A DNA stretch of 33,050 nucleotides from the NCBI GenBank assembly GCA_049964835.1, contig JBMFWW010000007.1, forward strand, positions 1 to 33,050. The letters run 5' to 3'. Position numbers and translations under genes: made by a program. The stretch is from Candidatus Micrarchaeia archaeon. GTDB lineage: Archaea > Micrarchaeota > Micrarchaeia > Micrarchaeales > CABMGC01. Below the pieces are notes generated by a model that had not been told where the DNA came from, did not search any database, and was given only the letters and a program-made list of their open reading frames with translations. Shown in pieces: positions 18,896 through 29,463 of the stretch (its first letter is position 1; each line of letters begins with the position of its first letter).

Positions 18896-18938
18896 CAAAA
18901 AGTAATTTATAGCTTTAAACCTATTAATATATGATTTT

Positions 18939-19793
18939 ATGATAATAGATGCACATGCTCATTTTTTTACTGCAAATATGTTCAAAAACATGATGCCAAA
19001 AAACTTTAAAATTACAGAGGGTATGAAAAAGATGGCCGATTCTATGAGCCACACTCTTCAAGAAAATAAAGAGGCATGGATAAGTGCTATGGATAGAGAA
19101 GGTATAGAAAAAACAGTTTTTATGTCTACAAATTCTTTGAATGAAGAATTTACAAATTTTATAAACTCTAGTGATAGGTTTTTTGGTTTTGCAACATTAA
19201 ATCCAGAAAGCTCCGATGCAATAGAAAGATTAAAGAGGGAACTTGAAAGTGGTATGTCAGGTGTTAAACTTTATGCAACAAATGGACAGTATAATGTAGG
19301 TTCTGACAAGACCTTTCCCTTTTATGAATATTGTGAAAACAACAATATACCTATAACAATACACTTTGGAGTAACTATAGGACCTACTGCAGATCTTTAT
19401 ACTGGAAATCCAATACATATTTCAAGAATATTAAGCAAATTTCCTGAATTAAATGTTATAATTGCACATTTCGGAGCGGGATTTTTCAGGGAAGCGCTAA
19501 TGCTTAAATACAAAAGAGAAAATCTTTACATAGAAACTTCTGGAACTAATAATTGGCTTCCGTATCAAGATAATTTTCTCACATTAAAGGATGTTTTCAA
19601 AAAATCAATAGATATATTTGGAGTTGACAGAATAATATTTGGAACTGATACAAGAATATTTCCTGATGGATATAGAACTAAAATACTTAAAGAACAAGAA
19701 AGCATACTTAAAGAATTAGAAGTTTCTGTAAATGATAAAGAAAAGATAATGTATAGTAATATTAATAAGCTTCTTAAAAAAGACTCATCTTGA
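18939..19793 (+). CDS. Metal-dependent amidohydrolase (TIM barrel, Amidohydro_2-like)
   Basis: IIDAHAH, GVKLY, TIHFG, IAHFG and IIFGTD metal-ligand motifs. Confidence 0.9.
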   Translation: MIIDAHAHFFTANMFKNMMPKNFKITEGMKKMADSMSHTLQENKEAWISAMDREGIEKTVFMSTNSLNEEFTNFINSSDRFFGFATLNPESSDAIERLKRELESGMSGVKLYATNGQYNVGSDKTFPFYEYCENNNIPITIHFGVTIGPTADLYTGNPIHISRILSKFPELNVIIAHFGAGFFREALMLKYKRENLYIETSGTNNWLPYQDNFLTLKDVFKKSIDIFGVDRIIFGTDTRIFPDGYRTKILKEQESILKELEVSVNDKEKIMYSNINKLLKKDSS

Positions 19794-19820
19794 TTAATAT
19801 ATTTTATTAAAGTGTGACTT

Positions 19821-19895
19821 TGTTGATTAAGTGAGACTTTATCAACATTTTTAAGACTTTATCAACAAAGCCTGTTTTTTAGAAAGGTTTAAATT
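19821..19895 (+). promoter_or_regulatory. Operator array (3 boxes) plus BRE/TATA of the winged-helix gene operon
   Basis: Palindrome TGTTGATTAAGT-gag-ACTTTATCAACA at 19821-19847; repeat box at 19856-19867; GAAAGGTTTAAATT at 19882; ATG about 21 nt after the TATA element (likely leaderless). Confidence 0.75.
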
Positions 19896-19915
19896 TATCT
19901 ATTGAATAAATAAAT

Positions 19916-20395
19916 ATGATTTCTGTGGAACTTAATGAAGCTGAATTGATAGAAAGAGAGCTAACTATAAGAGACCTAAGAGTTAGTAAAGAGGTATTAG
20001 AAACAAAAAGGTCAGCAGCAAGATGGCTTGCTTTATCATTAGGAATAATAAATCCAGGAGAGTCAAGGCTTAGTTCAATAGCTGTACTTGACTCTTTAAT
20101 ATACTTTCAATTTATAAAGAAGTATGACCCTACAGTTAAAGATATGATAGAGTATATTAATACAAATTGGGAAGTAATAAACGAAAAAACACTAAGGTAT
20201 CATTTACTTAGAATGAAAAAGATGGGCTTCATAGATAATGAACAGAGTAAATTTTATTTTAAGCCACCAAGTATTGGAGATAGATTTGATCCAGATGTTT
20301 GGAGTTCGAGTATGTTTGAATTTTTTTATAAAGATATATCAAAAAAGATAGGAGGGGTAATAAACGATCTCAAAAATAAGGAAAAACTTATGTGA
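19916..20395 (+). CDS. Winged helix-turn-helix protein, putative transcription regulator
   Basis: PTVKDMIEYI...INEKTLRYHLLRMKKMGFID...FYF fits an ArsR-like wHTH pattern; WLALSLG N-terminal motif. Confidence 0.75.
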   Translation: MISVELNEAELIERELTIRDLRVSKEVLETKRSAARWLALSLGIINPGESRLSSIAVLDSLIYFQFIKKYDPTVKDMIEYINTNWEVINEKTLRYHLLRMKKMGFIDNEQSKFYFKPPSIGDRFDPDVWSSSMFEFFYKDISKKIGGVINDLKNKEKLM

Positions 20396-20399
20396 TTTT

Positions 20400-22013
20400 A
20401 TGTCAAAAAACAATATGTGGATTTTAGGAGGAGTAATAGTAGTAATATTTCTTGCAGTTGTATTTTACTTTAGTTTTATGCCTAAAAGCAATCAGATTAG
20501 TGTTTCAATAATTATGAATAGTATAAATACAACAGTTTATCCTTATCAAACAATATATGCTAGCGCAAATATAATTAATACTGGAAACACTTCATTTTCA
20601 AGCGTTCCGTTCGGCTTACTATATAATGGTTCGCTAGTAGAAGTTTATAATATTTCTTTGCCTGCAGGAAAGTATACGCAGATTAATTTCAGTAAGGAAG
20701 CGCTCATTCCTGGAAAATACCAATTAAAAGTTGTGCTAGATCCTATTGGAAATGAACAACTTTCAACAACATCTACAAGCGAGAATAGCTTATATGTAAA
20801 TATACTTAATCCTCAAAATCCTATGCCATATTCATTATTAAGTTCGAATAACAGTTACGAGAAATTTTCCAATGAAGCTGGAGATAGCTATGTTGTAACA
20901 AGTTACCTTTACAATGCATATGGACTAAGTGTCTTTAGATTATCTGATATACCCGCAGTAACTGCATTTCTTAGCCCTATTATGAACTTAACATACTCAC
21001 TGCTAAATAAAATCTATACCGCACAGGCAACATACAAGAACAGCACAGTTTATTCCGTTTGGATACAGGGACCTATAAATCAAAAGATAATATATGAAGC
21101 TGGAAAGGGTGCAAATCTTACCACTTATAATAAGACACTAAATGGAACTGATGTTAGTTTTGTTCAATTAGACAAAAATACAACACTGTGTAGTTGGTAC
21201 CAAGAAGGCTGGACTAAATCATTAGCAATTATGGGAAGCCCTAATTGCTTTGAATATATAAATAAGAGCAAAATAACCAATACAATAACTTTATACCCAG
21301 ATAATCAATTACGGTATTTAGGTTCTAATGATTTGATTTATAATATGACATTTAACTCTATAGTCGGAAAAGGTTATGGAAAGCTTTTCATTTTAAATAG
21401 ATCATTTGTTTTTGAATCTGTAGAACCAAATCTTGTAGGAAATAATGTATGTTACGGATTAATAAATAATGTAAACAACAGAAGTTATTGTAGCTCTTAC
21501 ATCTTTAAAAATAATAACAATAGTATAGGAGCTATATCTGCTATGGATACTAAGGTGTATGTAGGCAATTATAATCTTTCAGTTATATCTTTGATAAATA
21601 CCTCTTTAATTACAGAACAAGTTTTGAGTAGCATAAATATACTGCAAAAAATAAATTATACAGGAAAATCAGAAGAATTTAGTTCTGGAATAAGTAGTAG
21701 TTGTATCTTCAATGCAAGTTTAGCTTGTTCCTTGCCGGTATTTGGATTAAACGGATTAACAATGAATCTTAAGAATAATCTTAATACCACATTCAGAATA
21801 AACAAAGTTGCTTGTTATGGACTTGGTAATAAAATATTTACAACTATTAATGATAGTATAGCTCCAAATTCAAATACAACAATTACTGTTCCGTGCTATG
21901 ATAATGGCAATGTAATATCTGGAGTTTCGTTAGGATTATATCTTAATATGGTAATGAATTACACCATATCAAAAAGCAATTATACTGCGTTAGGAAGAGC
22001 ATACCTAATATGA
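20400..22013 (+). CDS. Membrane-anchored surface protein with CARDB/Ig-like domain and Cys-containing C-terminal domain
   Basis: N-terminal TM helix; ANIINTGN...PGKYQLKVVLDP CARDB-like pattern; many sequons; paired Cys. Confidence 0.7.
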   Translation: MSKNNMWILGGVIVVIFLAVVFYFSFMPKSNQISVSIIMNSINTTVYPYQTIYASANIINTGNTSFSSVPFGLLYNGSLVEVYNISLPAGKYTQINFSKEALIPGKYQLKVVLDPIGNEQLSTTSTSENSLYVNILNPQNPMPYSLLSSNNSYEKFSNEAGDSYVVTSYLYNAYGLSVFRLSDIPAVTAFLSPIMNLTYSLLNKIYTAQATYKNSTVYSVWIQGPINQKIIYEAGKGANLTTYNKTLNGTDVSFVQLDKNTTLCSWYQEGWTKSLAIMGSPNCFEYINKSKITNTITLYPDNQLRYLGSNDLIYNMTFNSIVGKGYGKLFILNRSFVFESVEPNLVGNNVCYGLINNVNNRSYCSSYIFKNNNNSIGAISAMDTKVYVGNYNLSVISLINTSLITEQVLSSINILQKINYTGKSEEFSSGISSSCIFNASLACSLPVFGLNGLTMNLKNNLNTTFRINKVACYGLGNKIFTTINDSIAPNSNTTITVPCYDNGNVISGVSLGLYLNMVMNYTISKSNYTALGRAYLI

Positions 22014-22017
22014 TAAA

Positions 22018-24768
22018 ATGTCTAACATTTACTCTTTCTTCAATGAAAAAGTAGGCAGTTTTACAGATATACAAAAATTAGCCATAAAGGAAATAGAAGA
22101 GGATAATAACTGTTTGATAATAGCACCAACAGGCAGTGGTAAAACAGAGGCAGCAATACTTCCAGTTTTAAAAAAATTAAATGATGAAAAATCTAATTTA
22201 AAGGAAGGAGTTTTTGTAATTTATGTGACTCCCCTTAAATCTCTGAATAGAGATCTATTAAAAAGAATAAGTTATATTTTTGAGAGTTTTGGTTTTACAG
22301 TAGGAGTTAGACATGGAGACACAAGCAAAAGTGAAAGATTACAGCAAGTTAAAAAACCTCCCAATCTTATTATTACTACTCCGGAAACTTTGCATATAAT
22401 GCTTCTTTCACCAAGATTAAAAGAGGCTTTTAAGTCTTTGAAATATGTTATTGTTGATGAGATACATGAGTTATATTACAACAAAAGAGGGGCACAGTTA
22501 TCAGTAGTATTAGAAAGATATGTTGAACTTTCTGGACCTTTCAAAAGAATAGGAATAAGCGCAACAATAGGCAATTATGAAGAGGTTGGAAGATTCCTAT
22601 TTAACAAAGACAGATATGAGATTGTAGAGTCAAAAATAGAAAAATCGATTTCTGTAAATATAGTAATGCCACTAATTCCTGCAAGAAAGCATGATGATTT
22701 TAAAATGTCATTTGATTTGGAGGAATCTGCACTTGCTAGAATAGAGTATATTGAAGATGTTATAAAATCAAATAATGCAACATTAATATTCGGAAATACA
22801 AGGCAGATAGTAGAAACTGTGGGAAGCAGGCTCATTTACCTTGGAAGATTGGAAAATTTTGATTTAGTAGGAGTACATCACAGCTCTTTGGATAAGGATG
22901 AAAGAATAGACATAGAAAATAAATTTAAGGAAGGAAAAATAAAATCAATAATAGCTACAAGCTCTCTTGAGTTAGGAATAGATATAGGTAGAATAGAGGT
23001 AGTTATACAGTATGGTTCGCCAAGGCAGGCAACAAGATTATTGCAGAGAGTTGGAAGGAGCGGGCATAAAATAGGTTTAAAGTCCAACGGAATAATAATT
23101 ACTTCAGGACCCTTAGAAGCTTTGGAATCGGCTTCAACAACAATAAAATCATTGAACAATGATATTGAAAAGAATGAGATAGAGAATTGTCCATTAGATG
23201 TACTTGCGAATCAAGTATCTGCTATCGCATTAGAATATAAGACTATAGAGATTAAGAAGGTTTTTTCTATTGTAAAGAGAGCTTCTGTTTTTTCATCAAT
23301 TGAATTTTCTACATTTAAAAATCTAATATCTTTTATTTCTGAAATAAAAACAATCAGTTTAGATGGAGAGTATATCAAAACAGGAGCTATTTCAAGAAAA
23401 TATTTTATAAATAATATTAGTGTTATACCGGATAGACCAAGATTTTTAGTAAAACAAATATCTACAAATAAAATAATATCTACGCTTGATGAAAGTTTTG
23501 TTTATAATAATATTGAAGAGGGTTTTTCTTTTATAACAAAAGGAATTCCATGGAAGGTTATAAAGATAGAAGAGAATACTATTTTTGTAGAAAGAAGTAA
23601 TGAACTTGAAGCCTCAATACCAGATTGGATAGGAGAAGATCTTCCAGTCTCTTATAGTATTGCAAAAACAACAATAGAACTCTTTAATGGTATTAATAGT
23701 GTTAAACAGTTTTTTGATGAAAAATGTATTAAAAATGTTGAGGATTTTATTAAAAAGCAAAATATGTTTTTTAAGCCGGATTTTGATAAAATAATGGTTG
23801 AGGAGTCGGAAGATTTTACAATTTTATATTTGTATTTAGGCACTCTTGCAAACAACTTTTTTGCTAGAGCAATTTCATATCTTATTAAAAAAAGCGGAAT
23901 AGACGCCGCCGTAAAGGCAACACCATATGCTATTATTATAGATTATAGATTTTCTCCTAAAAGACCAAATGTTGAAGAACTTATAAAAAAACTTTTTAAA
24001 ATAAAAATAGACGATGAAATATTAGTAGAATCTGAACTTTTTAAGTATAAATTTGCTCAGGCAGCGAAGCTTTTTGGAGTTATTGAAAAAAATGCAACTC
24101 TAACTAAAAATATAATGAATAAGATTGTACAGTTTTATAAAAATACCCCAATATATGATGAAACGGTACGTGACATAAAGAAAAATTATATTGATTATAA
24201 AACTGTAGAATTATTCATAAACAAACATAATAGTAAAAATGATATTGTTTTTGTTAAAAATGATTCACCTTTTTCTAAGGAAATATTGCTTTTTGGATTA
24301 GGATACAACGAACTAACTACTTTAATAAATCCTGGTGATGAAGAGATAATTGGCTTTGAAAAGAGGATAGCTGGAAAGGACTTCTCATTTATATGCACTT
24401 ATTGTGACATGTTTTTTACTAAAAATATTGGTAATGATATCCCTGAAGAAAAAATACTTTGTATCAGATGTAAAAGCCCAATGATTTGTATTTCAAGAGA
24501 CAAGTATAATGGGATTATATCTAAAAAGTTATCAGGAAAAAAACTCACTAAAGAAGAAGTTAATAATTATAATGACGCGATAAAGGAGGCTGGTCTTATA
24601 AGTGCATACTCTTGGAGAGCAGTAGTAGCGTTGACAACATATGGTATTGGAATTGCTACTGCCGGAAGGATACTAAAGATGCTAAGAACTACAAATGGTA
24701 AGTTTATTTCTGATATTTTATCTGCACAGAGAATTTTTGTAAAAAACAGCAGATTTTGGAAAAAGTAA
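22018..24768 (+). CDS. lhr: Lhr-family SF2 helicase with C-terminal Zn finger
   Basis: APTGSGKT, RHGDT, TTPE, DEIH, SAT, HHSSL, LELGIDIG and QRVGRSGH motifs; CTYC...CIRC. Confidence 0.93.
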   Translation: MSNIYSFFNEKVGSFTDIQKLAIKEIEEDNNCLIIAPTGSGKTEAAILPVLKKLNDEKSNLKEGVFVIYVTPLKSLNRDLLKRISYIFESFGFTVGVRHGDTSKSERLQQVKKPPNLIITTPETLHIMLLSPRLKEAFKSLKYVIVDEIHELYYNKRGAQLSVVLERYVELSGPFKRIGISATIGNYEEVGRFLFNKDRYEIVESKIEKSISVNIVMPLIPARKHDDFKMSFDLEESALARIEYIEDVIKSNNATLIFGNTRQIVETVGSRLIYLGRLENFDLVGVHHSSLDKDERIDIENKFKEGKIKSIIATSSLELGIDIGRIEVVIQYGSPRQATRLLQRVGRSGHKIGLKSNGIIITSGPLEALESASTTIKSLNNDIEKNEIENCPLDVLANQVSAIALEYKTIEIKKVFSIVKRASVFSSIEFSTFKNLISFISEIKTISLDGEYIKTGAISRKYFINNISVIPDRPRFLVKQISTNKIISTLDESFVYNNIEEGFSFITKGIPWKVIKIEENTIFVERSNELEASIPDWIGEDLPVSYSIAKTTIELFNGINSVKQFFDEKCIKNVEDFIKKQNMFFKPDFDKIMVEESEDFTILYLYLGTLANNFFARAISYLIKKSGIDAAVKATPYAIIIDYRFSPKRPNVEELIKKLFKIKIDDEILVESELFKYKFAQAAKLFGVIEKNATLTKNIMNKIVQFYKNTPIYDETVRDIKKNYIDYKTVELFINKHNSKNDIVFVKNDSPFSKEILLFGLGYNELTTLINPGDEEIIGFEKRIAGKDFSFICTYCDMFFTKNIGNDIPEEKILCIRCKSPMICISRDKYNGIISKKLSGKKLTKEEVNNYNDAIKEAGLISAYSWRAVVALTTYGIGIATAGRILKMLRTTNGKFISDILSAQRIFVKNSRFWKK

Positions 24769-24816
24769 TAATAAAAATAATAAAATTAATGATAATTTTA
24801 TTTATTGTGAATACTT

Positions 24817-27213
24817 TTATTGTTCTATTAACTTTGCATCTGATACTACCGAGTTGCCATCAAGCTTCATCAATCTTACGCCACTTGCTGCTCTTCCAGT
24901 AACTCTTATTGAAGAGACAGGTATTGTTATTGTTATTCCTGAAGAACTTATGAGTATTAACTGTTCATCTCCATTCACAAACAGTGCCTTTAATACTGGC
25001 CCTGTTTTATCATTTACTTTTAATGTTATGACTCCAGATCCTGACCTGCTTTGTTCTCTATATAAGTTTATATCTGTTATCTTTCCATAACCTTTTTCTG
25101 TTATTGATAACACACTTCCAGTATCATTTGCAGCAAGGATATTCTTTGCTTCGTCATCTTTTAATTTTATTCCTCGCACGCCCATTGAACCTCTTCCAGT
25201 TAGTCTTATTGAATTTTCATCAAACTTTATCGATTTGCCGTTCTTTGTTACTATCAAAAGATACTTTTTATTACCGTATATTATTGAGTCTGCGATCTTG
25301 TCGTTTTCATTAAGCGTTATTGCACGTATTCCGGTAGATCTTGGGTGTGAGAAGAGTTGAGCTTCTGTTCTTTTAATAAGGCCTTTAGATGTTAAGAAAA
25401 CAATTTTTGAAGAAGAAAACTCTGTTGTATTCAGCATCGAAACTATTTTTTCGTTTGTTAAGTTTAGTAGATTCACTATAGCCTTTCCTTCCGAGTATCT
25501 TCCTAGTTCTGGTATTGAATAAGCTTTCAGCCAGTATGCCCTGCCAGCATCTGATATAAATAGAATATAATCTTTGTTGTTACATGTTAGCATCTTACTA
25601 ACATAATCACCTTCTTTTAGATTTATTGATATTACGCCCTTTCCGCCACGAGCCTGTTCTTTATAATTTATTACAGGCATACGTTTTACATAGCCTTCTT
25701 TTGTAAGTATTATTGTAACTTTTTCATTACTTATCATATCTTCATCCTTTATTTCTAAAGGCTCGTCAGACTGTACAATTTCAGTTCTTCTTTCCCTACC
25801 ATACCTTTTCTTAAGCTGTTCCAGATCTTGTATTATTATCTCTTCTTGTTTTTCCCTGCTTTGTATTATATTATTATAATTTATAATTTTCTCATTAAGC
25901 TCGACTTTTTCTTTAAGTAGTGATGCACCCTCAAGATGAGTCAACTTGCTGAGCTTCATGTCTAATATTGCATTTGCCTGCTTTTCGGATAATGAGAATT
26001 GTTCCATTATGTTTTTCCTTGCATCTGCAGTTTCATCACTTTTTTTGATCGTTTTTATTATTTCGTCTATTTTTCCTATGGCTATAACCAAACCTTCAAC
26101 TATGTGTAATCTATCTTGTGCTATGCCTAAATCATACTGACTTCTCTTTAATATTATTTCCAACCTATGATTAATGTATACGTCTATGAGATTAAGTATA
26201 TTCATACTTTTCAAGCTTGTTCCAACAACAGATAAGTTTATTATTGGATATGTAATTTGAAGCTGCGTATGATTGTATAATTGATTTAATATTTGGTTTG
26301 GATCTTCTCCGTTCTTTAATTCTATTACAATACTCATGCCTGTTCTTCCAGTTTCATCTCTTATATCCTTAATTCCAGTAATTCTTTTTTCGTGAACTAG
26401 ATTTGCAATGGTATTGATAAGCATTGCTTTGTTTACGGTGTAAGGCAATTCATTTATAATAATTCTATTTTTCTGCTTATCTATATCTGCTTTTCCTCTT
26501 ATGCTTACCTGCCCTCTTCCTGTTTTATAGCCGTTATATGAATTTGAGGACATTATAGCAATTCCTCCTGTTGGAAAATCAGGTCCTTTTACTATATTAA
26601 GTATGTCGCTAGGAGTTGCTTCCTTGTTTTTTATTTTATATACTATTGCTTCGCATACCTCATTTAGATTGTGTGGAGGCATACTTGTTGCAACACCCAC
26701 AGCTATTCCAGAAGCTCCATTCACTAGTAAATTAGGGAATTTGCCAGGAAGTATGCTAGGCTCTTTTTCAGTATTATCAAAGTTAGGCACCATCTGCACT
26801 GTATCCTTATCTAAATCTTCTAGTATTTCTTCGGCTAGTCTTGTTAACCTTACTTCAGTATAACGCATAGCCGCTGGAGGATCTCCATCAACAGAACCCA
26901 TGTTTCCTTGACCTTCTACTAAAAGATGATTCATTGAAAAGTTTTGAGCCATTCTAACCATTGTATCATAAACGGCTATGTCACCATGTGGATGATATTT
27001 ACCAATAGTTTCTCCCACTACTCTTGCACTTTTCTTTGTTGGTTGCGAGTGTATATTGTTTATTTTACTCATTGCATATAGAATTCGTCTTTGAGCAGGC
27101 TTAAGGCCATCCCTTGCATCAGGGATCGCTCTGCCAATTATTACACTCATTGCATAATCAATATAACTTGATTGAAGTTCTTCTTCAAGATTAACATTAT
27201 TTATTTTTGACAT
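24817..27213 (-). CDS. gyrA: DNA gyrase subunit A
   Basis: [22 protein letters not shown] catalytic Tyr, GyrA-box QARGGKG and beta-pinwheel repeats. ATG at 27213 after GGTG. Confidence 0.96.
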   Translation of the reverse strand: MSKINNVNLEEELQSSYIDYAMSVIIGRAIPDARDGLKPAQRRILYAMSKINNIHSQPTKKSARVVGETIGKYHPHGDIAVYDTMVRMAQNFSMNHLLVEGQGNMGSVDGDPPAAMRYTEVRLTRLAEEILEDLDKDTVQMVPNFDNTEKEPSILPGKFPNLLVNGASGIAVGVATSMPPHNLNEVCEAIVYKIKNKEATPSDILNIVKGPDFPTGGIAIMSSNSYNGYKTGRGQVSIRGKADIDKQKNRIIINELPYTVNKAMLINTIANLVHEKRITGIKDIRDETGRTGMSIVIELKNGEDPNQILNQLYNHTQLQITYPIINLSVVGTSLKSMNILNLIDVYINHRLEIILKRSQYDLGIAQDRLHIVEGLVIAIGKIDEIIKTIKKSDETADARKNIMEQFSLSEKQANAILDMKLSKLTHLEGASLLKEKVELNEKIINYNNIIQSREKQEEIIIQDLEQLKKRYGRERRTEIVQSDEPLEIKDEDMISNEKVTIILTKEGYVKRMPVINYKEQARGGKGVISINLKEGDYVSKMLTCNNKDYILFISDAGRAYWLKAYSIPELGRYSEGKAIVNLLNLTNEKIVSMLNTTEFSSSKIVFLTSKGLIKRTEAQLFSHPRSTGIRAITLNENDKIADSIIYGNKKYLLIVTKNGKSIKFDENSIRLTGRGSMGVRGIKLKDDEAKNILAANDTGSVLSITEKGYGKITDINLYREQSRSGSGVITLKVNDKTGPVLKALFVNGDEQLILISSSGITITIPVSSIRVTGRAASGVRLMKLDGNSVVSDAKLIEQ

Positions 27214-27222
27214 AAACACCAA

Positions 27223-29136
27223 CTATACATCCAAGAAGTTTACTTCCTCTGAGTGGTCATGTAAGAACCTCCTCCTTTGTAGAGGATCTATACCCATAAG
27301 GACTGAAAATAGACTGTCTGCAATCTGTGCATCCTTTATCTGCATTTTCTTTAACATTCTTTTTTCAGGATTCATTGTTGTTTCCCATAACTGTTCAGGA
27401 TTCATCTCACCAAGACCCTTGTATCTTTGTGTCTCTGCTTCTTTATGTTCCTCAGTTCTTATTGTACTTAACTCTTCATCACTATAAACATAAACTTCAT
27501 TTTTACCTAATTTTACTCTATAAAGGGGTGGCTGTGCAATGTAAACATAGCCCAACTCTATTAATTTTTTCATATATCTGTAAAAAAAGGTTAAGAGAAG
27601 TGTGCGTATATGACTACCGTCAACATCTGCGTCGGTCATTATTATTATTTTATGATATCTTAAATTTTCAACATTAAATGTTTCTCTTATTCCTGTTCCA
27701 AATGCTGCTATCAATGATTTTATTTCTGCGTTTTCAAATATCTTTTCGAAGCTTGCTTTTTCTACATTGAGTATTTTGCCTCTTAATGGAAGAATCGCTT
27801 GTGTGTTCTTATCTCTGCCCATTTTGCTTGAACCTCCAGCGCTTTCTCCTTCTACTATAAATATCTCTGTTTTTGTCGGATCATCTTCTATACAATCTGC
27901 AAGCTTTCCAGGTAGAACAGTATTCTCTAAAACACTTCTTTTTCTTGAAAGTTCCCTTGCTCTTTTTGCACTCTCTCTAGCATTAGCAGCTGTTATTGCT
28001 TTTTCTAAAATAGCTCTAGCATCATTTGGATTTTCTTCTAGATATCTTGAAAATGAAGCATAAACCTCTGTTTCTACAAAGGTTCTAACTTGAGTATTTC
28101 CTAACTTTTCCTTTGTTTGTCCTTCAAATTCAGGATTTTGCATAAGAATAGATATAACTGCAGATAAACCTTCTCTGACGTCCTCTCCTGAAATTTTTAG
28201 CTCTGTTTTTGAAAACTGTTTGTTTTTTGATGTATAATTTATCAGAGCGCGTGTTATAGCTGCGTGGAAGCCAGATACATGAGTTCCGCCTTCTGGAGTT
28301 TTTATAGAATTAACAAAAGACTCTAATCTTTCTTCATACGTATCGTTATATTGCAAAGAATACTCTATAGAAAATTGACCTTCTGATTTTTTGTGGTGAA
28401 TGATATTTGTTATAGGATTTGAATTCTTATTTAAAAATTTTATAAAGTCTTTTAGACCGTTTTCAGAATAGTATTTTGTTTCATCAAGTTGCTCAAACCT
28501 GTCATCTTTCAATATTATATTCAATTTAGGATTTAGAAATGAGGTATATGTCAATCTTTCTTTTAAAACGGTAGAGTCAAAAGAGGTAGTTTTAAATATT
28601 TCTTTATCTGGTTTGAATTTAATTGTTGTTCCAGTCTCATCAGTTTCTCCGATTATCTCCATTTTTGATACTGGTATGCCCCTGCTAAACTTTTGGGTGT
28701 ATATTTTGCCATGTTTTTTAACAGTAACTTCTGTAAACTCTGAAAGCGCATTTACAACTGTTAGTCCCACTCCATGAAGACCTCCAGAAACTTTGTATAC
28801 TTCATTATTGAACTTTGCACCTTTGTGCAATGTTGTCATTATTATTTCCAGTGCACTTTTGTTGTATTTTGGCATTATTTCTACCGGTATGCCCCTTCCA
28901 TCATCACTTACCTCGGCTATATTTCCATCAGAATCTTGTGTTATGGATATTTTTATATTTTTACAAAAACCAGCTAATGCTTCATCTACTGCATTATCTA
29001 TTATTTCAAACAAAAGATGCAAAACTCCCTGCGAACTAGTTGATCCAATATACATCGCAGGTCTTTTGCGTATACCTTGTGGTCCTTCCAAAACCACTAT
29101 GTTTGAAGCTTCATACTCCATAGTAGATGAATCCAT
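27223..29136 (-). CDS. gyrB: DNA gyrase subunit B
   Basis: RKRPAMYIG, EIIDNAVDE, DDGRGIP, SGGLHGVG, VEGESAGG, PLRGK, MTDADVDG and RYKGLGEM motifs. ATG at 29136 (or 29121) is more plausible than the ORF-track start. Confidence 0.96.
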   Translation of the reverse strand: MDSSTMEYEASNIVVLEGPQGIRKRPAMYIGSTSSQGVLHLLFEIIDNAVDEALAGFCKNIKISITQDSDGNIAEVSDDGRGIPVEIMPKYNKSALEIIMTTLHKGAKFNNEVYKVSGGLHGVGLTVVNALSEFTEVTVKKHGKIYTQKFSRGIPVSKMEIIGETDETGTTIKFKPDKEIFKTTSFDSTVLKERLTYTSFLNPKLNIILKDDRFEQLDETKYYSENGLKDFIKFLNKNSNPITNIIHHKKSEGQFSIEYSLQYNDTYEERLESFVNSIKTPEGGTHVSGFHAAITRALINYTSKNKQFSKTELKISGEDVREGLSAVISILMQNPEFEGQTKEKLGNTQVRTFVETEVYASFSRYLEENPNDARAILEKAITAANARESAKRARELSRKRSVLENTVLPGKLADCIEDDPTKTEIFIVEGESAGGSSKMGRDKNTQAILPLRGKILNVEKASFEKIFENAEIKSLIAAFGTGIRETFNVENLRYHKIIIMTDADVDGSHIRTLLLTFFYRYMKKLIELGYVYIAQPPLYRVKLGKNEVYVYSDEELSTIRTEEHKEAETQRYKGLGEMNPEQLWETTMNPEKRMLKKMQIKDAQIADSLFSVLMGIDPLQRRRFLHDHSEEVNFLDV

Positions 29137-29374
29137 AATTACCAATAGTATTTGGTATCTAAAGAATATAAAGCTTTCTATATTATTTGTCGACGATAAA
29201 TGTAAGATTAACACTTATTTAGTTTTTACCTTAAAATATTTGTTTCTTTTTGATGTTTAATATTTATTAAAATGTTATTTTTAATCAAAAACTACATATT
29301 TTTATTATAAAAATAAGGACATGTATAAATTACAAAAAAATAAATACATGTATCAATATATATTACGTTATCGC

Positions 29375-29449
29375 GGGTCCGTAACTCAGTTTGGTCAGAG
29401 TGTCTGGCTCTTAACCAGAAGGTCGTGGGTTCAAATCCCACCGGGCCCA
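29375..29449 (+). tRNA. tRNA-Lys (anticodon CTT), intronless, CCA not encoded
   Basis: Acceptor GGGTCCG/CGGGCCC, D arm ACTC/GAGT, anticodon arm TCTGG-CTCTTAA-CCAGA, T arm GTGGG-TTCAAAT-CCCAC. Confidence 0.97.
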
Positions 29450-29463
29450 TTAGATTGATTTAT

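Noticed and set aside
15711..19867. Boxes resemble bacterial DnaA boxes (TTATCAACA vs TTATCCACA) or a replication origin
   Set aside because: Archaeal context, no dnaA or cdc6 nearby, no ORB-like G-string, and the fixed spacing to BRE/TATA fits transcriptional operators better.
403..29260. Numerous antisense or alternate-frame ORFs inside aroF, dcd, kae1, cysS, tuf, lhr, gyrA and gyrB (e.g. 403-606, 3298-3762, 16711-17121, 28793-29260)
   Set aside because: Contained in or largely overlapping well-supported genes, with no motifs of their own.
29319..29353. ACATGTAT repeat / ATACATGTAT palindrome upstream of tRNA-Lys
   Set aside because: Short, AT-rich and seen at a single locus; could easily be chance.
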